Source of the DNA: an uncultured bacterium
Lineage (GTDB): Bacteria > UBA8481
Assembly (NCBI GenBank): GCA_964499705.1
Contig: CAZCME010000014.1
Location: forward strand, 1-64,000
Reading direction: 5' to 3'
Length of the DNA: 64,000 nt
Part shown: positions 14,201 to 24,840 of the stretch, piece by piece
Layout of the letters: each line of letters starts with the position of its first letter
How positions within the stretch are numbered: position 1 is the first letter of the stretch
The notes under the pieces: generated by a model
What the model saw: the letters and a program-made list of their open reading frames with translations, nothing else
What the model was told of the DNA's origin: nothing
Databases searched by the model: none
Made by a program: the position numbers and the translations under genes

Positions 14201-17200
14201 GCCTCGATCGGGGGGAGATTCCCCGCCTTCGCGACGATGACGTAGCCCTTGCCGGGTTTGTCGATCGCGAGGTCGGAGAACATCACATTGTCCATGACCC
14301 CGTAGCCTTGGTCGAACGAGAGTTTCGTCGTCCCCACGAGCTTCGCTCCCGCGGTGCCGCCCTTGAGGGTGAGCGTGACGTCGTCGAGGTCGTGGTACGG
14401 CATGTGATTACCGACCGCGTCACGGACGTGGATTATGGGCTGGGCCGTGAAGGGGCGATTCTCGACCGCTCCGGCAGGTTTCTCCATGAATTCGATGCTC
14501 GTCGCGAGCTGGAGGTCCTGGCCCACGGTGAAGCGCCCGCCCTTCACGCGCGGAGTGCCTCCATCGCCCGGACCGCGGAACCAGAGCGACGGCCGATAGA
14601 TCCCCGTGGGAGCGTCCGACGGAAGGGAGAAATTCATCTTCACCCCACCCTCGGCAGTGACTTCCTCGACGGTGGCCGAGATATCGTTGCCCTCCGGGGG
14701 CTTGCACGAGGCAGAGAGCCACCACGTGGGCCTGTTGTCTTCGGACGACCTGTTTACGGCATCGAGCCACGCCTGGATCTCTGGCCAGGTGAAGGTGACC
14801 GACACTGAAGCTCCCTGTTCATACCGGATCTGAGGCACGGTCGCGGTCAAATCGCTGACGATCGGCCCGACCCTCAGATTCGCGGTCGCGGCCGTCGCGC
14901 CGTCGGCCGTGAAGGTCAGGACGTTATCGCCCGCCTCGTCGATCCGCAGATCCGTGAACCTCGCGACGCCCAGCTTGGCGTCGACCTCGATCGTGCCCTG
15001 AAGTTTGCCGGATCCGCTCGTGACCGCGACCTTCACTTTGCCGACGTAGTCCTCGACGGTCTTGCCGTCCGCGGTACGAACCGTCACAACCGGCTGGGTC
15101 TTGAACGTCTGCTTCGCCGTGGTCGCTCCCGAGGGCTCGGTCGTGACCGCAAGCTTCGCGCCGGTCACAGTCGACTTTGCCGGATCGGTTTTCGTCGTGG
15201 ATGTTGAGGATGCCGCGGCGACATCGAATTGATCCGACGAGGCCTGACTGAGCTGAGACGAGATCGCGACGATGTAGTATTTCCCCGCATCATCCGCCTT
15301 GAGGTCGCTGAAGGTCGCGACACCCTCGACGGCGTTCACGTCGCGCCTCGCGACCGCCGTGCCCTTTCCACCGTTCGTGCCGTCGGCCTTATAGAGAATG
15401 AGCGAGATCTTCGCGGTGCTCGTCGCGACCTTCTTGCCGTCTTTGTCCTGAACCTCGACCGTAACCGCCGAGAAGATATCGCCCGCCTTCGGCGTCTTCG
15501 GAAGTGCGGAGATTGCGAGCTTAGTCGCCGCGCCCGCGGCCGTCTCGACTTTCGGCTCGGTCGTGGTCTTCGTCTCCGTCGGCTTCCAATCCGAAGGCTT
15601 CGCCATGGATTTCAGCTTGTCTCCCAGCGCGGCTTTCTGCTCGGGAGTCAGCGCCGCGACCTGATCGGGCGTCATGGCCTTCAGTTGATCGAGCTTCAAG
15701 CGCTTCAACAGCGCCACGCTCATGAGGCGGACGTGCTCGGGCTTGAAAGCCGCGACCTGAGCGGGCTTCAGGTAGATCGCGCCGGTGAGAAGGCCTTCGT
15801 TGTCTTTCAGCTTCTCGAACTGCTCGTCCGAGAGAGCCTTGATGTGCTCGGGCTTGAAGGCGACAACCTGCGCCATGCGGGCTCCGGTGAAGGCGTCCGG
15901 CGAGATCTTCTTGAAGCGCTCGACCGAGAGCTTGTTGATCTCCGCGGGCACAAGCTTCTCGAAGGCCGCGGCGTCGATCGTCGCGTTCGGGTCGACCTTC
16001 GGAACGAGTCCTAGGAATCCACGCTGGGTCTCGGTCAACGCCTTTTTCTGATCCTCCGTCAGCGCCGCGATCTGGTCCTTCGTGAGCGTCTTGAGTTGCG
16101 CCTCGGAGAAGCGCGCGAGCTGAACGCCCTGCAGGTTCTTGAAGTTCTCGGGCGAGAAGGCCGCGAGCTTCGCCATCTTGTCCTTCTGGAAGTAGAGCGC
16201 GAAGTCGAGGTTCTCGCTCATCACCTTGAACTGCGCCATCGTCATCGCCTTGTATTGCTCGACCGAGATGGCGCCATGATGCAGGTTCGTGAACTTCGCG
16301 AAGGCCTCGGGCGGGATCTTCGCGAATTCGTCGGGCGTCATCTTCTTGATCTGCGCCGGAGTCGGGATGACGTACTTCACCTCGAACTCCTTCGAGGTCG
16401 CCGCCTTCGCGGCGCCCGACGAGAAGGTGAGCGTGAATTTTCCGCTTCGGTCGATCGCGAGGCCCGAGAAGGTCGCTACGCCGTTGTCCCCAGACTTGAC
16501 CGTCGCAGAGCCGGAGAGCGTTCCCTCGCCCGATGCGATCTTGGCCGTGACCTCGGCGCCCGCGACCGGATTTCCGCCCGCGTCGACAACCTTAACCTTC
16601 GGCTGAGTCGCGAGGGCCTTGCCGGCATCGCCGCCGACAGGCTCGGTCGCGATCTCGATCGCCGCCGCGGCACCGCCTGTGACGGTCAGCTTCGCCTCGG
16701 CCGCCGTGAGGTTCGGCGATGCGAACTTCAGGACGTACGCTCCGGCCTTCGTGAAGGTGAGATCGGAGAACGTTGCTGTCGTTCCCGCTCCGCTCACATT
16801 CGTCGTGCCGCCGATCTCGCCGGGCCCGCTCACCTTCGTGACCGTCACCGCAGGTGTCGTCACCGCGGCGGTCATGAAGCCTCCCGCCGAGGGATGCCCA
16901 ACGTCGGCCGGATTGCCGGCCACATCCTGGAACTCCAGGCTGAATTTCACGGGCGAACCCGCAGCCGCGGCTGAAGGCAGGTTTGTGAAACCGAGCTTCG
17001 CAGGAGTCGGCCTGTCCACGACGTCGAAGGGCTTGGAGTAGCCGGCGGCCACACTCGGGCCCGACGATCCTCCAAACGGATTGAAGCTCCCGCTGGAATG
17101 CGTGGCCTCGATCACGTACCCCTTGCCGGGTTTATCGATCGAGTTGCCCCAGATGTACTTGCTCCCGCCTCCGAGCTGGTATCCGCCCATTAGGTTGCCA

Positions 17201-20200
17201 ATGTCGAATTGCCTGTTCAGATACGCCCCCGACGTACCGGTTCCTTGCTTGATCCCAATCTCAACCCTGCCTCCGACATCTCTCACGACGCCATTGGCAT
17301 CCACGACCGAGACCGTGAAGTCGATTCGCTCGTTCGTGTACGCCATGTTCGGCGACCATGTGAAGACGAGCCGGTCGCCCTCGGGACCTTTCGCGACGTC
17401 GACGGTCGTCGTAGCATCAGTCGCGCCGGGCGCGCTGAAGGTCAAGGTGTGTTTCCCTGAGCCTGCGATCGCGATGTAATCAAAGGCCGCCCTGCCGCCG
17501 CGCGCGCGGATCGTCTGTGGCGAGACGAGCTTGCCGGATCCCGATGTGACCGTGGCCGTGACCTCGGCGTCGGTCGGGATGATCTTTCCGGCAGCGTCGC
17601 GGATCTCGACCACCGGCTGGGTCGTGAAGTACTCGCCCGCTTTCGCGCCCGCCGGCTGCTTCGTGACGACAAGCTTCACGCCGGTTTTACCGGCCGCCGC
17701 GCCCGAGGCGGACGATGTGACGTCCGCGACCGACATTGTCTTTCCCGTCGCGGTGGCGGCGTCGAGCTTGTAGGGCTCGACGACTCCGGCGTTGGCGAGT
17801 TCCGTGGACGAGATCGTCGCGCGGCCGTTCGAGATCGTGATGTTGACGAGCTTGCCATTGATCGTGACCGTGCCTGAGCCGTTCGTCGAGGTCGCGCGGT
17901 TGCCGAAAGCGTCCTGATACTCGATCTGGACGGCGCTACCCGCGGCGATGAGGGAGTTGAGGAGGATGTGCGTCGTGGCGAGAATGGGGTGAGCGCCGAT
18001 CGACGTGACGGTCGCGTCGGCGCGTGCATCGACGCGGAGGGAAGTGGGGACTGGCTCCGAAGCGAGGCGGTGCAGGTGCCTGTCCCCATTTCCCGGCCCG
18101 CCGACCGACCGGATGGAGGAAGTGTCGCGGGCGCCAAGGATGGCGCGAGAGCGACCGCCGCCCGCGGACGCAAGCGTTCCCGTGATGCCGCTCGGCAGAG
18201 CCGAGGTCGACATGCCGCCTACAATCACGGCCTTCACCGCGTCGCCCGCTTCGATCTCGAACTCGGCCGAGGTCGCCTCGGTCAGCGGCCCGGCGTTGAA
18301 CTTGAGAGTGTACTTCCCCGCCTTCTCGATCTTCAAGTCGTCAAAGGTCGCGACGCCGCTCTTCGCAGAGACCTTCTTCGATCCCATGAGCGGGCCCGGA
18401 CCTGACGCAACCGTGACCGTCACATCGTTCGTCGCGGTAGCGATCGTCGTGCCGCTCGCGGACTGAAGCGCGATCGTGAATTTCGGACTGAAGACCTCGC
18501 CCGCCTTCACCTTCGTCGGCTGAGTCGAGATCGCAAGCTTCGTCGCGACCTCGGGCGCCTTCTCGAAGCCGAGCAGGATCTTCTGTGCCGTCGAGAGCTC
18601 CTTCTTCTGCGCGTCCGTCATCGCCGCGCGCTGTTCGGTCGTGAGCGCGTTCAGTTGTTCGTTCGACATCCGAGAGAACTGCTTCGGCTGGTAGAGCGCA
18701 ATGTTCGCGGGCGTGATCGCGGCGATCTTCGCGGGCGTGAACATGATCGAGATGATCGCGCCGCCCTTGAAGATCTCCGTCTGCGCCGCGGTCATGACCT
18801 TCACCTGCTCGGCTGTGATCGCCTTCATCTGCGCCTCGGAGAGCGACCCCAAGGCGGCGGCCGGAATCTTCGCAAACTGCTCGGGCGTCAAGGCCGCGAT
18901 CTGCTCGGGCGTCATCTTTTTCACGTCGTCCACGGTGAGCTCGGCGGACTTGATCGTGAAAGAGTTCGAGGTAGCCGCCGTGAGCGTGCCGGAGTTGAAC
19001 TTTAGCGTGAAGTCGCCCGCCTTGTCGATCGCGAGGCCGGAGAACGTCGCGACGCCGTTCGCCGCAATCGCTTTCGCCGTACCGGAAAGCGTTCCGTCAC
19101 CCGACGCCACCGCGACCGTGATCTCGTCCGTCGCGCTCGTCATCACTTTGTCGAACTGGTCCAGAATTTCAACCTTGGGCTGTGTCTTCAACGCTTTTCC
19201 GGCCTTCGCGCCTGAAGGCTGAATCGACACTCGAAGCTTCGTCGCCTTGGGAAGCGCCGCAATGCTCACGGCATTTGAAGTGGCCGAACCGGATCCTCCC
19301 GAGTTCGTTCCCGTCACAACGCACTTGAGCGATTGCCCGCCGTCGGCCGAGGTCGTCGTGTAACTGGCCGAGGTCGCGCCCGTGACATCCGCGTCGCCGC
19401 GCTTCCATTGGTAGGTAAAGGCGGGGTCGTTCTTCCACGTCCCGGTCGAGCACTTCAGGACGTCGCCTTCTTTAGCCGTCGCGGGCGCGATCGCCGGCGG
19501 CGCGTTTCCGTTGACGCGTGGCTTGGGCATCTTCGGGATCACCGCAACCGCAGTGGCCGTGATGGACCCTTCGGCTTTTGTTCCGGTCACGACGCAGGTG
19601 ATCGGTTTCCCGTCGTCGGTTTTTGTTGTCGTGTAGGTCGCGTTCGTCGCGCCAGTGATCGCCGCGCCGTCCCGAATCCAAGCGTAAGTGAATTTGGGAT
19701 TTCCGGTCCACGTGCCCGGCGCGCAGGTCAATGCGTCTCCGATCTCGACGGCGGCGGGTGAAATCGAAGGCTTGACCGTGTTCCCGAGCGGGGCCGTCAC
19801 CTCGAAGGAAGCGGAGACGACAGAGTGGCTCCCCTCCGTGAACTTCAGCGTGTATTTGCCGGCCTTGTCGAGCGCGAGATCGCCGAACGTCACGAAGGCG
19901 TCGCCCTGTGTCGTTGTCACGCTCGAGGCGCCGCTCAACGTGCCGTCGCCGGACGCGACCTCGACGGTGACGGCCGACTTCAATCCCGGCACGTTTCCGA
20001 ACGCGTCCGTGAGCTTGACCTTCGGCTGGGTCTTGAGCGCCTTCCCTGCTTCATCGCCGACCGGCTGCGTCGCGATCTCGATCGTCGCGGCGGAATTGCC
20101 GTGGATCGTGATTTCCTTTTCGATCGGCGCAAGCCCGGTGGACGAGAACCGGAGAGTGTACGTCCCGGCCTTCTCGATCTGGAGATCGGCGAACGATGCC

Positions 20201-23200
20201 TTCCCGCTTGAGGCATTCACCTTCGTAGTGCCTTTGAGCGTAGCCTCGCCCTTCGCGAGAGCGACCGTGACTTCTCGCGCCTGATCGTCCGAATGATCGG
20301 ACGCCTTGCCGTCGTCCAGATCGAATCCGATCGTCGAGGCGCTCAATTTTTCGCCTGCAAGCGCGGAGAGGGTCGCTTGCCCGCTAAAGCTCAACTTCGT
20401 AGCGCACGGTTTCGGCGCCGCGAGATTGAACGACGCGGAGAAGACCGAGAATCCCGCGCCTGTGAACTTCAGCGTGTACTCGCCGCCTTCGCTCAAGGCG
20501 AGATTCGTGAAAGTCGCAACGCCATTGGCCGCCTTCACCTTTGTCGTGCCCGAGAGCTTGCCTGGACCCACTTCGACCGTGGCCGTGATTTCACTCGTAC
20601 CCCTGGCGAGGGCTTTCCCATATTGATCGCGGATCTCGACCTTCGGCTGGGTCGCGAGAACGACGCCTGCGTTTTCGCCGACGGGCTGAGCGGCGACGGC
20701 GAGCGAGGAAGCCTTGGCCGCGGGGGGCTTGGCGAGCTGGCTCGCCTTCGAACCAAGCGCCGCCTTCTGCGCGTCTGAGAGCGCCGCGACTTGCTCGGGC
20801 GTAAAGGCTTTGACCTGTTCAGGCTTCAACCGCTTGAGCAGGGCGTCGCTGAAGAGCTTGATATGATCGGGCTTGAAAGCCGCGATCTTGTCCGCCTTGA
20901 AGTAAATAAGGGCTGTCAGAAACTGCGGATTATCCTTGAGCTTCGCGAACTGCTCGTTGGTCATCGCCTTTAGCTGCGCGGGCGTAATCGCGGCAATCTG
21001 GCCGGAGCTCAGCGAAGAGAATGCGTCCGGCGCTATATTGCTGAACTGTTCGGGCGACATTTTGTTGAGCTGAGCCGGCGTGATCGCCTTCATCTGCGCC
21101 GCCGTCGTCACCGCCTTGGGGTCGACCGGCTTGATGAGCCCCAGCAGTTTCTTCTGGTCATCCGTCAGCATCTTCTGCTGGTCCGCGGTCAACGCGGCGC
21201 GTTGATCTTTCGTCAGCGCCTGCAACTGGGTGGTCGAGAACCGCGAGAGCTGAATCGGCTGGAGGTTCTTCAGATTCTCCGGCGAGAATGCCGCGATCTG
21301 GTCGGGCTTGAACGCCAGCGCGAAGTTCACGTTATTCTTCATGACTCCGAACTGTGCCGTCGTCATCGCCTTGATCTGCTCGGGTTTCAGAGAGCTGGTT
21401 TGAGCCTGCGTGAACTTCGAGAAGACCTCGGGCGGAAGCTTCGCGAACTGCTCCGGCGTCATCGATCCAATCTCGTTTGCCGAGGGAACCGGCACCTTCA
21501 TTTCGATTTCATTCGAGGTTGCCGTCATCGTCCCGGATGTGAACTTCAGTTTGAACTTTCCGGATTTGTCGATCGCGAGCCCCGAGAATGTCGCGACGCC
21601 GTTCGCGGAGGCGACCTTCGACGTGCCGACGAGTCTTCCATCGCCCGAAGCGATCGCGGCGGTGACCTCGGCACTAGCGACAAGATTCCCGCCGGCGTCG
21701 GTAATCTTGACGTTCGGCTGGGTCGCAAAAGCCTTTCCGATATCGCCGCCGACAGGCTGGGTGACAATCTCGAGTTTACTCGCCGCGCCCGGAGTAACCT
21801 TGATCTCCAGATCCAGGTTCGGCAGTCCGGGCGAGGAGAATCTTAGCGTGTGCGTTCCGGCTTTATTAATAATAACGCTATGGAACCCCGCCTGGCTCCC
21901 GCTCGCCTTGAGCATTGATGTCCCCTTGATTCCAATATCGCCCGCGACGGAGGAGATCGTGATCTCCCGGATTTTGTCGGCATCGCGACGGGCCAACGTG
22001 CCGTCAGCCGCGACGATCTCGACCATGAATTCCCGATCCGGCATGTCCACTCCGGCCGTGAACGTGGTGCGAGGCGTACCATTGAAGCGGAGCTTTGCAG
22101 CCGCAGGCGCAGGCAAGGCCTCTACCTTGACGGATGTCTGAACCGAGGGAAGATTCTCGACTCCGAAACTGATCGAGTGCGTGCCGACAAGGGTCAGTCC
22201 GAGATCCGTGAAGGTCGCGACGCCATTGATCGCTTTCACGCGCGAAGTTCCTACGAACCGCGGAGGAGTCGCGCCGCCGACAACGGCCTTGATCCGCGCA
22301 ACCACCTCGACACTGGACGTGGTGACGATCTTACCGTTCGCATCCTGGATTTCGATCTTCGGCTGAGTCGCAAAGGCCCTTCCCTCCACTGCTCCCGCAG
22401 GCGCCGTGGCGAGATTAATCTTCGTCGCGACAGGCACCGCCTCCGCGACGGTGAAGGAATTCGAAGTCACGGCGGGGATATCGTCGCGTTCATTCATAGA
22501 GAATTTCAGCGTATACGTTCCGGCCTTGTCGATGGCGAGCCCGAGCGCGTTGAAGTCGGCGACTCCGTTCTTATCGTAAATCGCCGCGAGGTTCTCCGCG
22601 TCGCTCCAGTACTTCTTCGTCGTGTTGAGTTTTCCGTTTCCCGAAGCGATCGCCACATCGATCCGATTGGTGCCGAAGTCGGCGATGTTTCCGTAAACAT
22701 CGTATTCTTCCACGACCGGCTGAGTGGTGAACGCTTTCCCCGGCTCGCCGCCGGACGGCTGAGTCTTGATGACCAGTTTCTTGGTCACACCCCCTTTAAT
22801 TTGGATGTTGCCGAGGGTGAGATCCGGAAGACCCGGAGATGTAAACTTCAGGGAGTAGGTCCCGGTCTTCTCGATGACGAGATCTCTGAAGTCCGCCGAT
22901 ACGAAATCGGCCTCGACCTTTGTCGTTCCTTTGAGCGTTCCGCCTCCGACAAGCGCAACGGTAACTTCGCGCGCCGGTTTAATCGAGGTGACCTGGTGAC
23001 CGCCCTCGTCGAAGAAATCGATCGAGACGCTGAACGTGCTCCCGGCCATCTCATCGATTCCGCCGGACGAGATTCGCGACACGGCCATCGTCGCTGGCGG
23101 ACCCCAGATCTCATAGGGCGCCTCGCTCTCTTTGAGCCCGGTTGCGGTAAACTTCAACCTGTATTTGCCGGCCTTCGTCACCGTGAGGTCGCTGAACTTC

Positions 23201-24840
23201 GCCCTTTTACCCGATGCCATGATCTTGGTCGCGCCCTGCAGTTCACCGGGCCCGCTCACCTTCGTCACGGTTACTTCGATTGGCGCGCTCGCCGGAACCT
23301 CGATTTCCCTCCCATTGGCGTCCATGAAACCGACTTCAGGAAAGCCCTTGGAAGAGATATGGATCCCTTTAATGCCATACGCCTGGAGTTGAGTAGCCGA
23401 CTTCGCCGCCGCGATGTTGAATTTGGAGCCGTACGCGTCGACGTTCTTGCCTCCGACGACGGTGCGCGCGCCGAAGTTGAAATCGTTCCCGGCGCTCGGG
23501 GCTTTGAGTCCGGTGAAGGTCGCCACGCCATTCTTCGCGTTCACCGTCGCCGCGCCGTTCGCGACGCCGGTGCCCGTGAGCGTAATGTTCTTCGTGCCCT
23601 GCCAGAGCCAGAGCGTGACCGCGCCGCTATAATCGGCGACCGTCTTGCCGGAGGCGTTCTGCGCAGTGACCGTGACCGAGAAGTCCTGCCCGGCCGTCAA
23701 ACTCGCCGGAGTCGTCGCCGAAACCGCAAGCTTCGTCGGCACCGGCTTGGCCGCCTCTGCGACCGTGAACGGTTTCGACGTCGCGGTGAACTTGTTTCCG
23801 AATTGGTCGGTGAACTTGAGCGTGTACGTTCCGGGCTTGTCGATCGTGAGATCCGAAAAACTGACCGTCGCACCTCGCGTAGGAGAACTCTGTTCGACCG
23901 TGCCGGTGAGTTTTCCATTGCCGGACGCGATCTCGACCTTGATCAATCCGACATAAGATGACACCAGATCGCCATTCTCGTCGACGGCATGGAGGACGGG
24001 CTGAACCGTGAAAGCCTTCCCCGCCACCGCGCCGGAAGGCTCCGTCTGAACGATAAGCTTATTCGCCCGCCCGGGCGGGACAATGTACGTAGCCTCCGCA
24101 TCCTTGAGCCCCGGAGAAGAGAACTTCAGCTTGTAGGTGCCGGCTTTAACGAAAGTTGTTTTATTGAGCCCAAGAGATCCGGTCGATGCCTTCGTCGTCA
24201 TCGGACCGCTCAAGGCTTTCGGACCGCTCACCATCGTGACCGTGACGTCACGCGGCGCGCTCGCCGGGATCTTGACTTCCTTTCCACTAGCGTCGAGGAA
24301 CGATAACTCGGTGTAGAGGTCGAGGCTTCCACCGCCGCCGAGACCAATTTTGAAGGTTTCCACCGAGAGCTGTTTCGGCTCGGACGCCGCGGGCGGGTTG
24401 AGCACCTTCGTCATCGCGTCCTCGACCGCTTTTGTCGGCGTATAGCTGAGCACGTTGATGAGCGTCGCGCCGTTGGTGGCGGTCTTGAGCGCATTTTCGA
24501 GCCCGCGCTTGCCGTAGTGCGTCCGTTTTCCGTTCTCGACTTCACTAATGTCGTCGAGCGCGACCTCGCCCTTGGTGGCGACGCCCTTCAGGTTCGTGTA
24601 GGTGACGACGAACTTCGTGCCGACCATCTCAAACGTGACACTGCCGGCCGTGATCGTGATCTTCTCCGCCGCCCCGATCACGCCGCCGTTGAGGATCTCG
24701 CTTGCGACGGCGAGCAAGTTCGCGGCGGGCGAAATGCCGAACGCCGCCGCGGGTGGAGCGAGCGACATGAGGTGAAGAGCTAGCATCAGAGATGCGACGC
24801 GTCGATGAAAGATCGGATTCATCCCGGATCCCGCGCTCAT
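2206..24840 (-). CDS. Giant (~7544 aa) secreted multi-Ig-repeat surface protein / adhesin
   Basis: Start moved to ATG 24840 (ATGA overlap with upstream stop), followed by a Sec signal (...[17 protein letters not shown]). Many repeats of QP.V.I.D..G...L.GT....GVATF..L.I.KAG.YTLKF, C..GTW...YQW.R Ig units, three helical TPEQ blocks, DUF4214-like [16 protein letters not shown] (~13040-13325), Calx-beta/cadherin-like pair (~4930-5540), IPT/TIG domains (~6770-6975, ~2415-2915). Confidence 0.85.
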   Translation of the reverse strand: MSAGSGMNPIFHRRVASLMLALHLMSLAPPAAAFGISPAANLLAVASEILNGGVIGAAEKITITAGSVTFEMVGTKFVVTYTNLKGVATKGEVALDDISEVENGKRTHYGKRGLENALKTATNGATLINVLSYTPTKAVEDAMTKVLNPPAASEPKQLSVETFKIGLGGGGSLDLYTELSFLDASGKEVKIPASAPRDVTVTMVSGPKALSGPMTTKASTGSLGLNKTTFVKAGTYKLKFSSPGLKDAEATYIVPPGRANKLIVQTEPSGAVAGKAFTVQPVLHAVDENGDLVSSYVGLIKVEIASGNGKLTGTVEQSSPTRGATVSFSDLTIDKPGTYTLKFTDQFGNKFTATSKPFTVAEAAKPVPTKLAVSATTPASLTAGQDFSVTVTAQNASGKTVADYSGAVTLWLWQGTKNITLTGTGVANGAATVNAKNGVATFTGLKAPSAGNDFNFGARTVVGGKNVDAYGSKFNIAAAKSATQLQAYGIKGIHISSKGFPEVGFMDANGREIEVPASAPIEVTVTKVSGPGELQGATKIMASGKRAKFSDLTVTKAGKYRLKFTATGLKESEAPYEIWGPPATMAVSRISSGGIDEMAGSTFSVSIDFFDEGGHQVTSIKPAREVTVALVGGGTLKGTTKVEADFVSADFRDLVIEKTGTYSLKFTSPGLPDLTLGNIQIKGGVTKKLVIKTQPSGGEPGKAFTTQPVVEEYDVYGNIADFGTNRIDVAIASGNGKLNTTKKYWSDAENLAAIYDKNGVADFNALGLAIDKAGTYTLKFSMNERDDIPAVTSNSFTVAEAVPVATKINLATAPAGAVEGRAFATQPKIEIQDANGKIVTTSSVEVVARIKAVVGGATPPRFVGTSRVKAINGVATFTDLGLTLVGTHSISFGVENLPSVQTSVKVEALPAPAAAKLRFNGTPRTTFTAGVDMPDREFMVEIVAADGTLARRDADKIREITISSVAGDIGIKGTSMLKASGSQAGFHSVIINKAGTHTLRFSSPGLPNLDLEIKVTPGAASKLEIVTQPVGGDIGKAFATQPNVKITDAGGNLVASAEVTAAIASGDGRLVGTSKVASANGVATFSGLAIDKSGKFKLKFTSGTMTATSNEIEMKVPVPSANEIGSMTPEQFAKLPPEVFSKFTQAQTSSLKPEQIKAMTTAQFGVMKNNVNFALAFKPDQIAAFSPENLKNLQPIQLSRFSTTQLQALTKDQRAALTADQQKMLTDDQKKLLGLIKPVDPKAVTTAAQMKAITPAQLNKMSPEQFSNIAPDAFSSLSSGQIAAITPAQLKAMTNEQFAKLKDNPQFLTALIYFKADKIAAFKPDHIKLFSDALLKRLKPEQVKAFTPEQVAALSDAQKAALGSKASQLAKPPAAKASSLAVAAQPVGENAGVVLATQPKVEIRDQYGKALARGTSEITATVEVGPGKLSGTTKVKAANGVATFTNLALSEGGEYTLKFTGAGFSVFSASFNLAAPKPCATKLSFSGQATLSALAGEKLSASTIGFDLDDGKASDHSDDQAREVTVALAKGEATLKGTTKVNASSGKASFADLQIEKAGTYTLRFSSTGLAPIEKEITIHGNSAATIEIATQPVGDEAGKALKTQPKVKLTDAFGNVPGLKSAVTVEVASGDGTLSGASSVTTTQGDAFVTFGDLALDKAGKYTLKFTEGSHSVVSASFEVTAPLGNTVKPSISPAAVEIGDALTCAPGTWTGNPKFTYAWIRDGAAITGATNATYTTTKTDDGKPITCVVTGTKAEGSITATAVAVIPKMPKPRVNGNAPPAIAPATAKEGDVLKCSTGTWKNDPAFTYQWKRGDADVTGATSASYTTTSADGGQSLKCVVTGTNSGGSGSATSNAVSIAALPKATKLRVSIQPSGAKAGKALKTQPKVEILDQFDKVMTSATDEITVAVASGDGTLSGTAKAIAANGVATFSGLAIDKAGDFTLKFNSGTLTAATSNSFTIKSAELTVDDVKKMTPEQIAALTPEQFAKIPAAALGSLSEAQMKAITAEQVKVMTAAQTEIFKGGAIISIMFTPAKIAAITPANIALYQPKQFSRMSNEQLNALTTEQRAAMTDAQKKELSTAQKILLGFEKAPEVATKLAISTQPTKVKAGEVFSPKFTIALQSASGTTIATATNDVTVTVASGPGPLMGSKKVSAKSGVATFDDLKIEKAGKYTLKFNAGPLTEATSAEFEIEAGDAVKAVIVGGMSTSALPSGITGTLASAGGGRSRAILGARDTSSIRSVGGPGNGDRHLHRLASEPVPTSLRVDARADATVTSIGAHPILATTHILLNSLIAAGSAVQIEYQDAFGNRATSTNGSGTVTINGKLVNITISNGRATISSTELANAGVVEPYKLDAATATGKTMSVADVTSSASGAAAGKTGVKLVVTKQPAGAKAGEYFTTQPVVEIRDAAGKIIPTDAEVTATVTSGSGKLVSPQTIRARGGRAAFDYIAIAGSGKHTLTFSAPGATDATTTVDVAKGPEGDRLVFTWSPNMAYTNERIDFTVSVVDANGVVRDVGGRVEIGIKQGTGTSGAYLNRQFDIGNLMGGYQLGGGSKYIWGNSIDKPGKGYVIEATHSSGSFNPFGGSSGPSVAAGYSKPFDVVDRPTPAKLGFTNLPSAAAAGSPVKFSLEFQDVAGNPADVGHPSAGGFMTAAVTTPAVTVTKVSGPGEIGGTTNVSGAGTTATFSDLTFTKAGAYVLKFASPNLTAAEAKLTVTGGAAAAIEIATEPVGGDAGKALATQPKVKVVDAGGNPVAGAEVTAKIASGEGTLSGSATVKSGDNGVATFSGLAIDRSGKFTLTFSSGAAKAATSKEFEVKYVIPTPAQIKKMTPDEFAKIPPEAFAKFTNLHHGAISVEQYKAMTMAQFKVMSENLDFALYFQKDKMAKLAAFSPENFKNLQGVQLARFSEAQLKTLTKDQIAALTEDQKKALTETQRGFLGLVPKVDPNATIDAAAFEKLVPAEINKLSVERFKKISPDAFTGARMAQVVAFKPEHIKALSDEQFEKLKDNEGLLTGAIYLKPAQVAAFKPEHVRLMSVALLKRLKLDQLKAMTPDQVAALTPEQKAALGDKLKSMAKPSDWKPTETKTTTEPKVETAAGAATKLAISALPKTPKAGDIFSAVTVEVQDKDGKKVATSTAKISLILYKADGTNGGKGTAVARRDVNAVEGVATFSDLKADDAGKYYIVAISSQLSQASSDQFDVAAASSTSTTKTDPAKSTVTGAKLAVTTEPSGATTAKQTFKTQPVVTVRTADGKTVEDYVGKVKVAVTSGSGKLQGTIEVDAKLGVARFTDLRIDEAGDNVLTFTADGATAATANLRVGPIVSDLTATVPQIRYEQGASVSVTFTWPEIQAWLDAVNRSSEDNRPTWWLSASCKPPEGNDISATVEEVTAEGGVKMNFSLPSDAPTGIYRPSLWFRGPGDGGTPRVKGGRFTVGQDLQLATSIEFMEKPAGAVENRPFTAQPIIHVRDAVGNHMPYHDLDDVTLTLKGGTAGAKLVGTTKLSFDQGYGVMDNVMFSDLAIDKPGKGYVIVAKAGNLPPIEATIDVAAAATPTVSGATAAKLAVTAQPKTVTAGEIFSPKFTVAIQTAASATVSTATNEVTVEVASGPGALLGTSKVSAKAGVATFEDLKIEKAGKYTLKFTSGSLTAATSTEFEIKGGAPASAVITSGGAQTSALPSGITGSLASSGGGGPGRNGDWLGSEANVPLPVSSDAAPIRIATRQAGSFGAPIGLFALHTTTQVLLHSLVAAPPTAPLTVEYRDKYGNVSSFSGAGTITLNGRVVNVTIVNGVVTIPAADLVTAGISTPITLESATAGEHKVTTSTTSSSNVTNETIVKGLYKQILGRDADPGGLAFFLGLLNGGMTVAQVEQAIRDSSESRLKQVQDLFQELLARDPLANEASGFVNALVQHLATLEQVEATIKNGAEYQRLILPAKLIITSSPTTATAGTAFGDVVVEVRDGRNRKVADNTATVAIAIKASTGATGASLGGTKSLAAVKGVVTFSGLSIDLVGTGYILTASSGSLTAAEVAITVTAPPLTNTIKPGLNAVSATAVAGGTAQVGSALTWNVGTWSASVATYRYRFLRENIEIVAGTISDQTWTRVLVAEDIGKSLVFEVTPTSMAAGVAMPATVPTATSTAITVAGAAPAVVITTSSSILNAGQTATLIFTLSEASSNFGFGDINVSGGTISGFTVISRTVYSATFTPTPNSTTPATITVAGGSFTNGAGDNNAAAAPLSINVNTVANAPSTVSVSDATANPIRDVTGQPQPINLSSLVTVSGTTNTAVTWRVVEGGGTVSPAGLYTPSTEPLSFTASTAIVRATSVADPTKFGTVTVAIPAMPEASITSVTVTPATSRVNEMLNCAAEGVGVSTFGYQWKRGNEIIADATSHTYTPISADAGQSLTCVATIQTANDGYARPTGAALSMSSNAVAVAAATTGASATSPDLTFSGDLSYVSRSRVQIAIILTASGTGDNARVIAMTSGSAAPTAAEVIAGNHPSMEGTAPAKEATTGEVQTFVVTGLSPSTQYDFYAALERSNVVSGKYSLSTMRGTAPAFTRLTFTTQPVGSGTPTSTSASVSFTTSGTTDKVRVIAVASGSAAPTAAAVIAATGAQGVSPEKVATTGQSQSVTITGLSPATTYDFYAALQQSNMISRLVSLTTAAAASSTSGSSATPAAAAWTVTVNPTSQARGGQVTFTIAVPTAAASTVSDVLNSTAYLGLSDAQKMQVTSYMTSAEFLGKTEAGRVEALLALFQQLMESSASSSPSTSWLIPPAGTDGGVRTDQGLVRVPLLRAPPNIYSLLVHALIGAADDANAVVIVFLDANDAEVGRVTASATGGSYTWTVPTSLSDGTYTVKVLQGSTTKATTIFTVSGGPTADADAVAARFLANPFTFNIVFPSGSRNATASVAYTDANGQTITLDQASTLTTRTATLTAPTVAQSSYNVFAKGFNENMMVLRSEPVAITRTSDPAVPITLTLTERPEATKLGEIAVTNATTGSPFLVRVQVQDAASRLYKGYTGKITVSKGTGEGTLTGTLEADVVDGVATFKNLILDRAGDVQLNFLSAPTSEGVRLRAQATARVIAAATATKIGSEVTSLNFGPGNYRASITVKALAATGEPGITNAGTLALSLTTSGSLSVIAPPVLAWRAGQATLLVDASTSLLGTGSGTLTFSSDGLTSLEIPITLTAMPLAAISTPAVTPKAVTVGDMLTCAVNVEHGNVAGYQWKRSNTEISGATRSTYTTVIADAGQTLTCVVRAEPNTGFAAPSPATSNQVTVAAAPAAASSNGITMTGGGEADGKLPVYVIEANAAGSGANTLTASIATGPAGAVLSGSKTVTMPAGTDGSFGDLTVDLPGAYVIEFRIEGNDDLVFRSATHTEPEIAADLNPDGDWQPVRQPPVQQGGQKRFGASSSSQFKNLYQVAGFKRTGRTFKVTRYNEATNAQVTVATLNPEEILRDGVWIILPTTWNVPVDAVPGEYSYSLGDMGLGNFTVAARAVAAAVAGLPSTLAFVKVPKSVAAGDVFALEAEALNAAGQRVTGADGGTVVATLTKGDLSQTVRASISNGLAVFSGVKVTAAGEWSIDCGINDRDGNVFQGADGGAVTLPTAKFTVTPGPAVKLVVRKMPSTANAGEAFATSASAVRIAAQDAYGNSVTTPTGDVTVSIATGPTGGVFTSRSVLAQALTSGEAEFTNLALGTAGTYKLRFASGPLTVAEQDIVVAAAEAAAVPANKPLAVEFEDSDKDAGELKGYVKVRTPNVSSDITHYFVYWGSGSSTKLPGREALMRIEGGWDPGKSVEENTAIPSGVTHLLAFSANENGEMAEGVSIAILDAALPVNTKIPSVNPLTPKVGDELSVAPGDWNPSVTKFVYQWTRNGVAIGTAKENRYTTTTEDEGKSISCVVTPEELGPGYQLWWEKPTATASGVPVAAASTSTSSASTTSGASTPAPTVTSVVPSSGPLAGGTVIAITGTNLGQTSSVMIDGVAATSVSVNAAGTVITATTPAGTTGAKDLVVTTGGRRMVFTQSPIVEVANVEFTTQPQVTFQKSDGNTDATATGVVTMSLKSGTGLSGLLTATAVAGIAAFTELKITQSGEYTLVASFPGYASAEANVTIVADAATAATARMTRQSQSGVSAGSPSPAQTVTLTRGFAYGTAGTASGTSTGGSSASVMTLTRGPDDGEAATFVLEGAGVGAEMLARMAKAIAVTPPELLAQALATQNFAHLGGSDGVTAIANAIRSNLKVRIVGTAVGDQSITVHVVAPDDKAADLEAWVNGGKVTFKAASGVALPATYTATAYWGTDQLATMTYPTTAGAAVGPATKLVFTAQGYTGPAGSPFTVTPVVEVQDANNKVVESDIAITVSLIKPFDRNSPADLGPATALTVNAVKGVATFTDLKTDEMNSGMKLLAKSGTLTTAEAMVTTSAPSNIVVSPNSVNVAEGGTGSFTVNFKVQPTANVLVSIITADAGAATGSPTTLTFTPTSWNIPQTVTVTGVQDADASNEAVTITLSSPNEPNVTVTANVTDDDVQAIILNAASRSITEGATATFTAQLAFDPLSNAVVTISSSDAEAATSAPTTLTFTPVNYAMPQTVTVTGVQDADAANEAVTITLSTPNIRNASLTASVTDDDATTPAATSTVDPRFTYDPLDDAAARAYNGALRTLEGIKTTIPTSDMSANTARENDQRLSAILLRLAEARDQMRDGNAAKTKVSVGSLKTMIGAPRNWLKTGTRRSNFLAALDAFLIASGASAATKLPATPAGTKLTPDKESAKPGEKVTFALSSTSTADLATYLGEILQLPDAQTKFMVEILGPDEKALTPRLGIANMIGGVTFEWTVPAGAINGAHKARVLFGESPIGADGSVTVTGRASTATGTTSASAQNSISLTLPTGNVAPGAEFSITATVMNAGGTKMSDYTGMVTLASPQLRGILSMSAVAGVATFGGLTISSEGSHSITATAAPITGSVPAATTATKLVFLTPPGGAQPGKPFTRQPVVAVVDANGTVVAASTSSISLTVSGATLSGTATMAAVAGRATFFGLSIDQAGSNQIFTAASSSIGITSATTTMDAAPIDPPGTITIKPAEATITVAAAAPTATTSTGGTGNITTGSNQLTIAPVSVAQGGAIQATFDLPFSWLRGKNEAKMLIAIQNQDRALAREALQGVGYDFEKALDLLKTSWNTVALRIRNKDIAGSAEIVISGGTNGSVAARVRGQVSTLASVTFAIPSDLPAGNYAASLALPEAVSNKLDYIAVAAFAPEARTQLPVVPAVTSVTMPARTFEGSFTVTGAGTSASTSGATTTSPTVTTVTPNRGSTAGGDRITIAGTNLAGATSVSIGGVAARITASLPASITVTTPPGTEGAKDVVVTIAGGPVTSANAFTYVGSPTITAISPTMGPISGGTRIVISGTNLQDPGSLSIDGTPMTSVTANAAGTELTATTPAGTLGLKNIVLVPGHGYRRILRREAFTYVPAPPATSLSVPTAGAGTIQWTDAAAAAKSANYGIGVYPAASFPGLADGALNSIVVPEGYEAVLELKQ
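13697..13745. repeat. Palindromic element family B, copy 2 (in frame in giant gene)
   Basis: GAAACGGGGAGAGGCACG...GAGCCAGTCCCCATTTC; its reverse complement matches 18041-18092, including the loop AGCGAGGCG. Confidence 0.8.
18041..18092. repeat. Palindromic element family B, copy 1 (in frame in giant gene)
   Basis: GAAGTGGGGACTGGCTCC...GGTGCCTGTCCCCATTTC, arms 15/18 complementary. Confidence 0.8.
18104..18158 (+). repeat. Palindromic element family A (in frame in giant gene)
   Basis: ACCGACCGGATGGAG-GAAGTGTCGCGGGCGCCAAGGATGGCGCGAGAGCGACCGC; matches the reverse complement of 33941-34010 in panE. Confidence 0.85.
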
